This document shows, in pieces, positions 1 to 8,623 of a stretch of 64,000 nucleotides of DNA. Every line of letters starts with the position of its first letter. The stretch's first letter is position 1. Location: positions 93,712 through 157,711 of the forward strand of contig JAZSJJ010000005.1 of the NCBI GenBank assembly GCA_045534225.1. Reading direction: 5' to 3'. The notes under the pieces are model-generated. The model saw only the letters and a list, made by a program, of their open reading frames with translations. It was not told the origin of the DNA and ran no database searches. This DNA is from Clostridia bacterium (lineage in GTDB: Bacteria > Bacillota > Clostridia > TANB77 > CAG-465). The position numbers and the translations under genes are program-made.

Positions 1-996
1 AACTACATATTAAGCCTTAAAGAAAATAAAGAATATAAGGTAACGAGTTTGGATGCGGGTTCTTTAATGCATGAAGTATTAGAAGAATTTTCTAAATACG
101 TTCTTTCGAAAAGTATAGGATGGCAAGACATAGTTGTAAATGAAAAAATAAAAGAAAAATGCTTTAAGGAATTAGATAAGATAACAGAAAAAATATTTGA
201 AGAAAGTTATTCTAAATTTTTAACTAGTCCTAGATATGTCGCGCTAAAAAAGAAGATAAAAAATAGCATGAGAAAGACAATATATGCAATAGCGGATAGT
301 TTTAATCATAGTGAGTTTAGACCACTTGGATATGAAATAGCATTTGAAGATGATGCCTTGTTTGCACCTATTAAAGTAGAGCTAGATGATGGTAAAGCGC
401 TATATTTAAGAGGAAAAATAGACAGGGTAGATAGCGCAAATATAAATGGAATGACATATCTAAGAATCGTAGATTATAAATCGTCTAAAAAAGATGTTAC
501 ATTAAATGATGTAAAAGATGGAATTATGCTTCAACTTATGTCATATATGTGGGCAATGCTAGAAAACAAAGAAAAGATTAGTAAAGAGGGCAAAGTTTTA
601 CCAGCTGCAGTAAGTTACTTTACGGTTTCGAGACATCTTTTAAGTTTAGATACCTATGAGCATGATGATGCGAGAATAAGCAAAAAATTAAAAGAAGCAT
701 TAAAGCTAAGAGGAATATATATAAGAGATATAGAAATCCTAAAAAAATTAGATAACGAAGTAAACAACAATTCCGAATCATATTTAGCATTAACCTCAAA
801 AGCCATGACTAATGATACTAGAACATTACCAGAAGATGTATTTGTAGAAGAATGTAATAATATGCGTAATATATTAAAAGAAGTGTCTACAGATATGGTT
901 AAGGGCAATGTAAGTATATGTCCAAATAAAAAAGTAAGAGGTGTTTGCGATTATTGTAAATTTGGAACAGTATGTAGAAAAGATATATTGAATTAA
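1..996 (+). CDS. addB: ATP-dependent helicase/nuclease subunit B (AddB/RexB), C-terminal part; the 5' end lies outside the window
   Basis: The reading frame is open from base 1. The C-terminal nuclease region carries the AddB-type Fe-S Cys cluster (CPNKKVRGVCDYCKFGTVC, pattern C..C-x2-C-x5-C). Confidence 0.75.
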   Translation, partial: NYILSLKENKEYKVTSLDAGSLMHEVLEEFSKYVLSKSIGWQDIVVNEKIKEKCFKELDKITEKIFEESYSKFLTSPRYVALKKKIKNSMRKTIYAIADSFNHSEFRPLGYEIAFEDDALFAPIKVELDDGKALYLRGKIDRVDSANINGMTYLRIVDYKSSKKDVTLNDVKDGIMLQLMSYMWAMLENKEKISKEGKVLPAAVSYFTVSRHLLSLDTYEHDDARISKKLKEALKLRGIYIRDIEILKKLDNEVNNNSESYLALTSKAMTNDTRTLPEDVFVEECNNMRNILKEVSTDMVKGNVSICPNKKVRGVCDYCKFGTVCRKDILN

Positions 997-1044
997 ATTA
1001 AAATATATGATAATACATATGTATAATTAACAAAGGAGAATAAA

Positions 1045-2067
1045 ATGAAAAAGGGAATATCATTAATAGTATTAGTAATAACAATAATAGTTATGATAAT
1101 ATTAGCAGCAAGTGTAGTAATAACACTTAGCGATACTGGAATAATAAACAAAGCTAGTGAAGCAGTAGATTTAACGAATCAAAGTCAGGTACAAGATTTG
1201 GCTGCATTAATATGGGCTGATGCATATATGGCTAACAAAAGAGATGAAGCTTTAGCTACAGAAGTAATAACAAAATTAGGTGAACAAGGAATAGAAGAAA
1301 ACAAATGGAATATAGAAGTATCAAACACAGGAGTAACAGTTACTGTTAAAGACAGTGAAGTAGTTGCCGGCTTAGGTTCTTTAATTACTAAAGATAACTA
1401 TGGAGATACAGTGGATTATACTGTAACGGTAGATGGGGCTACATATACAGATTGGCAAATATATTATCATAATGAAGAGTATGTATATTTGATAACAAAA
1501 GATAAAATAAAAACAGGTTCACTACAAAAAGGTATAAAAGTAGCAACCTTAACAAGTGATGAACTAGCATTATATGAAAAATTTAGAGTAGGTAATGCTA
1601 CAAAATATACACTAGCAGATACAGTAAATGGCTATCAATCATATAATTCGCAAGCGGTAGCGGAACTAATAAAAGATTATGCGAATTTTGCTAATACAAC
1701 AGATTATGGAACAAATGTAGTAGGAGCAATAGGCGGTCCTACAATAGAGTTATTAGCAGCGGGTTGGAATGCAAAAGGGTATACACCAACGATTACTTTA
1801 ACAACAGATACATACGGATATAAAATAAATGGTAAGATTTATATAGATGTAACAGCAGATGAGCTTTATGTACCATCAAAATATTACTACTGGTTGGCAT
1901 CTCCGTCAGCTAGTGATTATCGTGGTTCTATGGATGTTGGTGGTGGCCATGTGTACAGCTATCGTCAATATACTGGCACATGTGCTTTCCGTCCAGTAGT
2001 TTGCCTAAAAGCAGATATCCCAGCAACAGCAGGAAATGGCGATTATGATTTTGAATTAGTAAAATAA
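1045..2067 (+). CDS. pilin-like N-terminal domain protein, paralog 1 (non-canonical prepilin-like leader and transmembrane segment)
   Basis: An AAGGAG RBS precedes the start. The N terminus MKKGISLIVLVITIIVMIILAAS aligns in register with the type IV pilin consensus KKGFTLVELLVVIAIIGILAA, but has Ile for Phe1 and Val for Glu5. The C terminus has a Cys..Cys pair (GTCAFRPVVC) that resembles a pilin D-region. Confidence 0.55.
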   Translation: MKKGISLIVLVITIIVMIILAASVVITLSDTGIINKASEAVDLTNQSQVQDLAALIWADAYMANKRDEALATEVITKLGEQGIEENKWNIEVSNTGVTVTVKDSEVVAGLGSLITKDNYGDTVDYTVTVDGATYTDWQIYYHNEEYVYLITKDKIKTGSLQKGIKVATLTSDELALYEKFRVGNATKYTLADTVNGYQSYNSQAVAELIKDYANFANTTDYGTNVVGAIGGPTIELLAAGWNAKGYTPTITLTTDTYGYKINGKIYIDVTADELYVPSKYYYWLASPSASDYRGSMDVGGGHVYSYRQYTGTCAFRPVVCLKADIPATAGNGDYDFELVK

Positions 2068-2076
2068 TAATAAATA

Positions 2077-2118
2077 AGATGTGAATATTAAATAAACATT
2101 CACATCTTTTCTTTGTTT
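2077..2118 (+). terminator. rho-independent terminator
   Basis: Hairpin agatgtgaat / attcacatct with an 11-nt loop, followed by a T-rich run. Confidence 0.6.
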
Positions 2119-2168
2119 TACATAATACTTAAAAAGCGTTAAGATACACGGTTTTTAGATTAAAACAC

Positions 2169-2196
2169 TTGAAAAAAAACAAAATTAAGGTATAAT
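2169..2196 (+). promoter_or_regulatory. sigma-A type promoter (TTGAAA-16-TATAAT)
   Basis: Near-consensus -35 and -10 hexamers about 45 nt upstream of the CDS at 2239. Confidence 0.5.
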
Positions 2197-2238
2197 ATGG
2201 GTATATATTATGAATGAATGTAGCAAGGAGGGATTTTT

Positions 2239-3531
2239 TTGTCAGATATTATTGTTAGCGAAGCTAAAAAAGTGAATATACTGGATAAAATAATTCAAAA
2301 CGTAGTAATAATGGTTAATATATCTAAGATGAACAGAGCAATCGATGAGCATCTTAATGTAATAAAGAATACAGAAAGGGACGACCAAAAGGCATACGAA
2401 GAAAATATCTTAAGAGAAATTGTCTATGTAAAATACCAATACGATATTATGCAAAGAACAATGTATGAATTAAGACTTTCTTATCCAAATGAGATAATAG
2501 ATAATATTAACTCAATAGATAGAATTGAAAGACTAGAACTTCAAAAAGAATTCTTAGAAATGGAATATGATAGAGTATCTAGAAGTAAATTCAAAAATAA
2601 AGAAGATGTAAAATATATGCTTTTAGTAATATCTTCAGTTATACAAAAAGTAAAACAAGATATTAAGGATGAAGGTAAGAATCAAAGATATAATCAAGTA
2701 ATTAAATGCGCTGAGGAAATTGATACAAAGATTTTAGAAGGTTCATATACAGAAACTTGTTATACTCAAATGTTTGATTACTTAAAAGCATATGTAAATT
2801 ATATAAACGATAATTATGATATATCTAAATTACCAAACGATGAAAAGGAATTGATTGAACTTGTAATTGAAGCTACACTAAAAGGTTTGGATTCGGATAT
2901 AGATAAGCTTACTTATGATTATTCATTAATAATAAATATATGCCAAAATGCATATAGATATTTCAAAATAGTAGACAAAGTATTTGGAAAAATTCAAAAA
3001 ATATATGATGATTCTTTCGAACTAGGATATATAGATATAACAGACTATATTAACTTCTATAAAGAAATCTATGATACAAAGATTAAAACTATGGTTAACG
3101 ATGTGCATAGAACAATAAAAATAGAAGATGAGTATTTGGAATATTCTAGACAACTTCATGAAGATGAAGGAATAATGGAATTTATGCTAAATCAAGCAAT
3201 TCTAACAACATCTTCAGAAAAGGTTAAAGCAAAAATAGAAGAAGAACTAGAGCGCTTTAAAGTAGAAGTTGAGGAAGAAGAGACAACTGAAACACTTGAA
3301 ACTGAAACAACAACTGATGAAGAAACTGAAAATGTTGAAGTTAAAGTAGAAGAAGTAGCAGTTCCAGTAACAACAGAAGAAACAGATGTAATTGTAAATG
3401 TTGATGGAACAACTGAAGAAGTGGTAAGTTCAGCAGTTGAAATAGTTGAAGAACATTTCGAACTAGATGGTATAGAAGATGTGTTTGAAGAAACTGAAAT
3501 AAAAACAGATACAGATGCAGAAGCTGTATAA
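2239..3531 (+). CDS. hypothetical protein with a strongly acidic Thr/Glu-rich C-terminal tail
   Basis: TTG start with an AAGGAGGG RBS. The 430-aa product shows no motif I recognise; its C-terminal ~110 aa are rich in E, T and V. Confidence 0.5.
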   Translation: MSDIIVSEAKKVNILDKIIQNVVIMVNISKMNRAIDEHLNVIKNTERDDQKAYEENILREIVYVKYQYDIMQRTMYELRLSYPNEIIDNINSIDRIERLELQKEFLEMEYDRVSRSKFKNKEDVKYMLLVISSVIQKVKQDIKDEGKNQRYNQVIKCAEEIDTKILEGSYTETCYTQMFDYLKAYVNYINDNYDISKLPNDEKELIELVIEATLKGLDSDIDKLTYDYSLIINICQNAYRYFKIVDKVFGKIQKIYDDSFELGYIDITDYINFYKEIYDTKIKTMVNDVHRTIKIEDEYLEYSRQLHEDEGIMEFMLNQAILTTSSEKVKAKIEEELERFKVEVEEEETTETLETETTTDEETENVEVKVEEVAVPVTTEETDVIVNVDGTTEEVVSSAVEIVEEHFELDGIEDVFEETEIKTDTDAEAV

Positions 3532-3610
3532 TATATAAAATAATGAAAATAATATGAGTACTTCAATTGCAGTATTGCATTTGAAGTACTTTTGCATAGG
3601 AGGGAAATAT

Positions 3611-6600
3611 ATGGGCTTTGTACATCTACATATGCATACAGAATACAGCCTTTTAGATGGCGCAAACAAAATAGGTGAATTAGTAGCTAAAACTAAAGAA
3701 CTTGGCATGGATGCTGTAGCAATAACAGACCATGGCAATATGTTTGGTGCAGTTGAGCTATATAAAGAATGTAAAAAACAAGGTATAAAAGCAATCATTG
3801 GATGCGAGATGTATGTTGCTCCTAGAAGTAGATTTGAAAAAGAAGGTAAAGTAGATGCAGAACCAAATCACTTAGTACTTCTAGCTATGAGTAATAAAGG
3901 ATACCAAAATTTAATTAAATTAGTATCTATAGCATATACAGAAGGTTTCTATTACAAACCAAGAATAGACCTTGAAGTATTAAAAGAATATTCAGAAGAT
4001 TTAATTGCTTTAAGTGGTTGTATGGCTGGTGCTGTCGCTAGAAAAATATCAGATGGAGATATAGATGGTGCTAAGGAAACAGCACTAAAATACAAAGAAA
4101 TATTTGGTGACAGATATTATCTAGAAATCCAAGATAATAAATATAGAGAGCAAATGGTAATTAACCAAAACTTAATAGCGTTTTCTAAAGAGTTAGACAT
4201 ACCACTAGTTGCTACAAATGACTGTCACTATCTAACCAAAGAAGATTATTATTTCCACGAAGTACTTCTTTGTGTACAAACTAAAAAGAAAATGACAGAT
4301 GAAGATAGGATGACATTTGAAACAAATGAGTTCTATGTAAAATCTCCAGAAGAAATGATGAATGCATTTAAGAATGTGCCAGAGGCAATAGAAAATACAA
4401 TTAGAATTGCTGAAAGATGTAACGTAGAGTTTGTCTTTGGACATACAATTCTTCCAAACTTCGATATCCCTGACGGCATTTCGCACTATGATTTCTTTAG
4501 AAACTTCTGCTATGAAGGTATGAAAAAAAGATACAGTGAAGATATGTATGAGAAGGTAGCTGAAAGATTAGAGTATGAACTTGGTGTAATAGAAAAGATG
4601 GGGTTTATAGACTACTTCTTAATAGTTTCAGATTTCATTAGATATGCTAAAGAACAAAATATACCAGTAGGACCAGGAAGGGGTTCTGGTGCTGGTTCTG
4701 TTGCAGCATATTGTAGTGGAATAACAGATATAGATCCGCTTAAATTTGACCTTATATTCGAACGTTTCTTAAATCCAGAAAGAATAAGTATGCCGGATTT
4801 TGATGTAGACTTTTGTTTTGAAAGAAGACCAGAGGTTATAGAATATGTTGCAAGAAAATATGGCCGTGATCATGTTGCGCAAATAATAACATTTGGAACA
4901 ATGAAAGCAAAACTTGCTATTCGTGATGTTGCAAGAGCAATGGATATTCCATATGCTAAAGCAGATGTTATAGCAAAGATGATACCAAATGATCCAAAGA
5001 TGACCATAGATAAAGCTATAGAAATGAATCAAGAATTAAAGCTTCTTTATGAAAATGATGAAGAAGCAAAACAAATAATAGATGTATCTAAAAAGGTAGA
5101 AGGTCTGCCAAGACATGCATCTACTCACGCAGCGGGTGTCGTTATTACCAAAGATCCAGTAGACACATATGTACCACTTTATTTAAATCAAGAACAAATA
5201 TCCACACAGTATACTATGACTACTTTAGAAGAACTAGGGCTTCTTAAAATGGACTTCTTAGGATTAAGAACATTAACAGTTATTGCAGATGCTAAGTATT
5301 TAGTAAAGAAAATACATGATGTAGATGTGGACTTTGGGGATACATACGATGATTCAGGAGTATACAAACTGCTAGGTGAAGGAAAAACTAATGGAGTATT
5401 CCAATTAGAGAGTGGTGGCTTTAAACAAATGATGAAGGAATTAAAGCCGACAAATATTGAAGATATAGCAGTTATGCTATCTTTGTATAGACCAGGACCA
5501 ATGGATCAAATACCAAGATATATTAAGGCGAAGAATAATCCAGATGACATAGAATATACACATCCTGCTCTTGAACCAATTCTTAAAATAACAAATGGCT
5601 GTATGGTATACCAAGAACAAGTTATGCAAATCTTTAGAGAATTAGCAGGATACAGTTTTGGTAGAGCTGACCTTGTACGCCGTGCAATGGGTAAGAAAAA
5701 GATAGATGTAATGAATAAAGAAAGAGAAATATTTATTAATGGTCTTGTAGAAGATGGTAAAAGGGTAATAGATGGTGCAGTAAATAGAGGTATTGATGAG
5801 GCTAGTGCAAACAAAATATTCGATGAAATGGCGGAGTTTGCAAAGTATGCGTTTAACAAATCTCATGCGGCTGCATATGCTGTGGTATCTTACCAAACGG
5901 CTTGGCTTAAAGTACACTACCCAGCGGAATTTATGGCTGCAACAATGAACAGTTTCTTAGGCAACTTAGATAAAGTACCAGAGTATATAGCTGAGTGTAA
6001 AACATTAGGAATAAATGTATTAAGACCAGATATAAATGAAGGCTATGCTCGTTTTGCAGTAATAAACGGAAATATTCGTTTTGCTTTAGCATCAATCAAA
6101 AATGTTGGTGAAGGAGCTATAGAACAAATTATTGAAGAAAGAAAAAGAAATGGTAAATATGAAAACTTTGTAGACTTTATAGAAAGAGTACAAGGTGAAA
6201 GAGTAAATAAAAAGTGTATTGAGTCCCTAATAAAAGCAGGAGCTTTTGATGAACTTGAAACAGAATATAATCGTTATGATTTACTAGCAAGTTATGAAAC
6301 AATAATGGATTCTGTGGCAGGAGAAAAGAGAAATGGTTGTGAAGGTCAAGTATGTATCTTTGAAGGTTTTGGTATAGAAGAAACAGGAATAACAAATAGA
6401 AAGATATTAAAGACAGGAACGGTTCCAACTAAGAGAGAACTTTTAGATATGGAAAGAGAAATGATGGGACTATATGTTTCTGGACATCCATTAGATGAGT
6501 TTATGGATATAATACAAAAGAAAGCGACACTTACATCAAAAGATTTGAATGTAGAAACGAATACAGAAGAAACAGAAAGTGATGTGGATGAAAGTGTAAA

Positions 6601-7099
6601 TCTAGAACAGTATGATGGCAAAGAAGCTATTATGTGTGGACTTATAACTAACTTAAAGAAAATATATACGAAGAGTAACAGACAAATGGCATTCTCAAAT
6701 TTTGAAGATCTATTTGGAGATATAGAAGCAGTATTCTTCCCAAATGTATATGAAAAGTATGCAAATACAATAAATTCAGATAAAGTTGTAGAAGTAAAAG
6801 GAAAGATAAGCTTAAAAGAAAATGAGAAGCCTAAAATTCTTGTAGACAGTATAAAAGAACTATCTAAAGAGGAAAAGGTGTATATTAAACTAACTGCATC
6901 ACAAACAGAATATGAAAAAGAAAAAACTAAGTTATTCGAAATATTAAAAGAATATCCAGGAGACATACCTGTATATACATATTTTGAACAGACTAAAGAG
7001 GTAAAAGGATTAGCAAGACAGTGGTGGGTAACACCAACTAATGACCTTATTACAAAGCTTACAAATACCTTTGGGTTGGGTAATGTAAAAATAGTGTAA
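3611..7099 (+). CDS. dnaE: DNA polymerase III alpha subunit
   Basis: PHP-domain start MGFVHLHMHTEYSLLDGA and a polIII alpha core of about 1160 aa. The start was moved to ATG 3611 because it has a GGAGGG RBS. Confidence 0.9.
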   Translation: MGFVHLHMHTEYSLLDGANKIGELVAKTKELGMDAVAITDHGNMFGAVELYKECKKQGIKAIIGCEMYVAPRSRFEKEGKVDAEPNHLVLLAMSNKGYQNLIKLVSIAYTEGFYYKPRIDLEVLKEYSEDLIALSGCMAGAVARKISDGDIDGAKETALKYKEIFGDRYYLEIQDNKYREQMVINQNLIAFSKELDIPLVATNDCHYLTKEDYYFHEVLLCVQTKKKMTDEDRMTFETNEFYVKSPEEMMNAFKNVPEAIENTIRIAERCNVEFVFGHTILPNFDIPDGISHYDFFRNFCYEGMKKRYSEDMYEKVAERLEYELGVIEKMGFIDYFLIVSDFIRYAKEQNIPVGPGRGSGAGSVAAYCSGITDIDPLKFDLIFERFLNPERISMPDFDVDFCFERRPEVIEYVARKYGRDHVAQIITFGTMKAKLAIRDVARAMDIPYAKADVIAKMIPNDPKMTIDKAIEMNQELKLLYENDEEAKQIIDVSKKVEGLPRHASTHAAGVVITKDPVDTYVPLYLNQEQISTQYTMTTLEELGLLKMDFLGLRTLTVIADAKYLVKKIHDVDVDFGDTYDDSGVYKLLGEGKTNGVFQLESGGFKQMMKELKPTNIEDIAVMLSLYRPGPMDQIPRYIKAKNNPDDIEYTHPALEPILKITNGCMVYQEQVMQIFRELAGYSFGRADLVRRAMGKKKIDVMNKEREIFINGLVEDGKRVIDGAVNRGIDEASANKIFDEMAEFAKYAFNKSHAAAYAVVSYQTAWLKVHYPAEFMAATMNSFLGNLDKVPEYIAECKTLGINVLRPDINEGYARFAVINGNIRFALASIKNVGEGAIEQIIEERKRNGKYENFVDFIERVQGERVNKKCIESLIKAGAFDELETEYNRYDLLASYETIMDSVAGEKRNGCEGQVCIFEGFGIEETGITNRKILKTGTVPTKRELLDMEREMMGLYVSGHPLDEFMDIIQKKATLTSKDLNVETNTEETESDVDESVNLEQYDGKEAIMCGLITNLKKIYTKSNRQMAFSNFEDLFGDIEAVFFPNVYEKYANTINSDKVVEVKGKISLKENEKPKILVDSIKELSKEEKVYIKLTASQTEYEKEKTKLFEILKEYPGDIPVYTYFEQTKEVKGLARQWWVTPTNDLITKLTNTFGLGNVKIV

Positions 7100-7180
7100 A
7101 ACGCTTGCGTATTAAAAATTATATGTGATAGAATAAACAAAAGTGACAATAGTCTAAAATAAATATTTTGGAGGTACGTT

Positions 7181-7585
7181 ATGAGTAATATTCGTGAAGG
7201 CAACGTCCGGGTGTATTACCTGGAAAGAGAAATCAGGGAAGCTCTTAATGTATTAAGAGCAAGACCACTTACAGAAAGAAGTGAGCGTCAGCTTGTCGAT
7301 GGGGCAAAGTTCCTTGAGATGATTAAGCATACTCCGTATAGCAGATATAAGACAGTTGCAAGTCTTAAAGAAAGAATTGTTAAGGAACGGAACAAGCTTA
7401 AGGCGGAACTTATTAAAATCGATACAGGCTCTACGGGACACCAGATTTCCATCTTTGAGATGTTGGATGAACGTTCGGAAGAAGAAAAGAAGAGACATGA
7501 ATCAAGAGTGGCAAAGCTCAAGGATGAAATTCACTGGCTTCACAAGTGCCTTGGTATTTGTAAAAACACGGATTATTTCAAGTAA
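7181..7585 (+). CDS. hypothetical protein with atypical composition
   Basis: GGAGG RBS. GC is about 42% and codon usage is rich in AAG and CTT, unlike the neighbouring genes. Confidence 0.5.
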   Translation: MSNIREGNVRVYYLEREIREALNVLRARPLTERSERQLVDGAKFLEMIKHTPYSRYKTVASLKERIVKERNKLKAELIKIDTGSTGHQISIFEMLDERSEEEKKRHESRVAKLKDEIHWLHKCLGICKNTDYFK

Positions 7586-7588
7586 GAA

Positions 7589-7620
7589 AGTAGAGGGAGA
7601 TTATCCCTCTACTTTTCTTT
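7589..7620 (+). terminator. rho-independent terminator
   Basis: GC-rich hairpin agtagaggga / tccctctact followed by a T-run. Confidence 0.7.
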
Positions 7621-7651
7621 TAGTTATTATTAAATATGGAGTAGAATATAC

Positions 7652-7680
7652 TTGTAAAAAGCAGGCTTTTGTAATATAAT
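7652..7680 (+). promoter_or_regulatory. sigma-A promoter (TTGTAA-17-TATAAT)
   Basis: Consensus-like hexamers upstream of the lipid kinase gene. Confidence 0.5.
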
Positions 7681-7705
7681 AGAAGCGTTAAATTGGAGAT
7701 TTAAT

Positions 7706-8587
7706 ATGAAAAAAATAAGACTAGTATATAACAAATCTGCAGGACAAAATAAGGGTAGTGAAATAATAAGCGAAGTAATTGGCAGATTAAGTGAAAATGG
7801 GTTTGAAGTAACAGCTTTTAGAGCATCAAGAGAAAACTCATGCGAAGAGTTTATAGCAAATACTCCAGAAGATACATACGGTATAGTTGTAGCTGGCGGA
7901 GATGGAACTATAAATAAAGTTGTAAACTTTATGAAAAAACATAATATAAATGTTCCACTTGGAGTTATTCCAGCTGGCACATCAAACGATTTTGCCCTCC
8001 ATCTTGGAGTGTACGGCGATGTAGATAAAGCGATAGAAAGAATAATAGAAGGAAATACAGAAGGCGTAGATATTGGTAAAGTAAATGATAGATACTTTGT
8101 AAATATCTTAGCAGCTGGAATGTTTTCAGGAACATCTCATAAAACAGATAAACGACTCAAAGAGATGCTCGGTCATGCTTCATATTTTATAACTGCAGCA
8201 AGAGAACCTTTCGAACAAAAACCATTTAAGATAAAAATTGAAACAGAAGATGGTATTGTTGAAGAAACGGTAGTTGTTGTTATGATATTTAACGGAAGCA
8301 GTGTAGGAAGAATAGACTTGTTTTCAGATAATTCAAGTATACAAGATGGAATGTTAGATATAGTAATGTTGAGAGCTGGTAAGATGGCAGAAACATTAAA
8401 GATATTAAGCGAATTTGAAGATGGAAAATTTGTAAACAACGATAATGTTGCATACATTAAAAAAAAGAAATTTAAGATTTCATTAGTAGAAGGAAAATGT
8501 ACTGCTACGGATGCAGATGGTGATGAAGGGCCAGAACTTCCATTTGATGTTGAATGTGTGGAAAAAGGTATAAATATGTTTATGTAA
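7706..8587 (+). CDS. diacylglycerol/lipid kinase family protein (YegS/DagK-like)
   Basis: GGDGT motif (VVAGGDGTINKVVN), which marks the DAGK catalytic domain. Confidence 0.75.
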   Translation: MKKIRLVYNKSAGQNKGSEIISEVIGRLSENGFEVTAFRASRENSCEEFIANTPEDTYGIVVAGGDGTINKVVNFMKKHNINVPLGVIPAGTSNDFALHLGVYGDVDKAIERIIEGNTEGVDIGKVNDRYFVNILAAGMFSGTSHKTDKRLKEMLGHASYFITAAREPFEQKPFKIKIETEDGIVEETVVVVMIFNGSSVGRIDLFSDNSSIQDGMLDIVMLRAGKMAETLKILSEFEDGKFVNNDNVAYIKKKKFKISLVEGKCTATDADGDEGPELPFDVECVEKGINMFM

Positions 8588-8623
8588 TAAACTTAAAATG
8601 TTAATAGAAAGAAGGATTATAAA

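Noticed and set aside
3192-7203. Several antisense ORFs (3192-3665, 3463-3798, 4232-4486, 4769-5032, 5506-5917, 6177-6428, 6346-7203)
   Set aside because: They are shadow ORFs inside dnaE and the acidic protein gene. Their products are low-complexity Ser/Leu/Phe-rich translations and they have no RBS.
8588-8623. T-box leaders upstream of leuS (8588-8623) and trpS (49661-49767)
   Set aside because: Both intergenic regions are too short (36 nt and about 100 nt) and lack the GGTGG.ACC T-box sequence. Only the pheS leader contains it.
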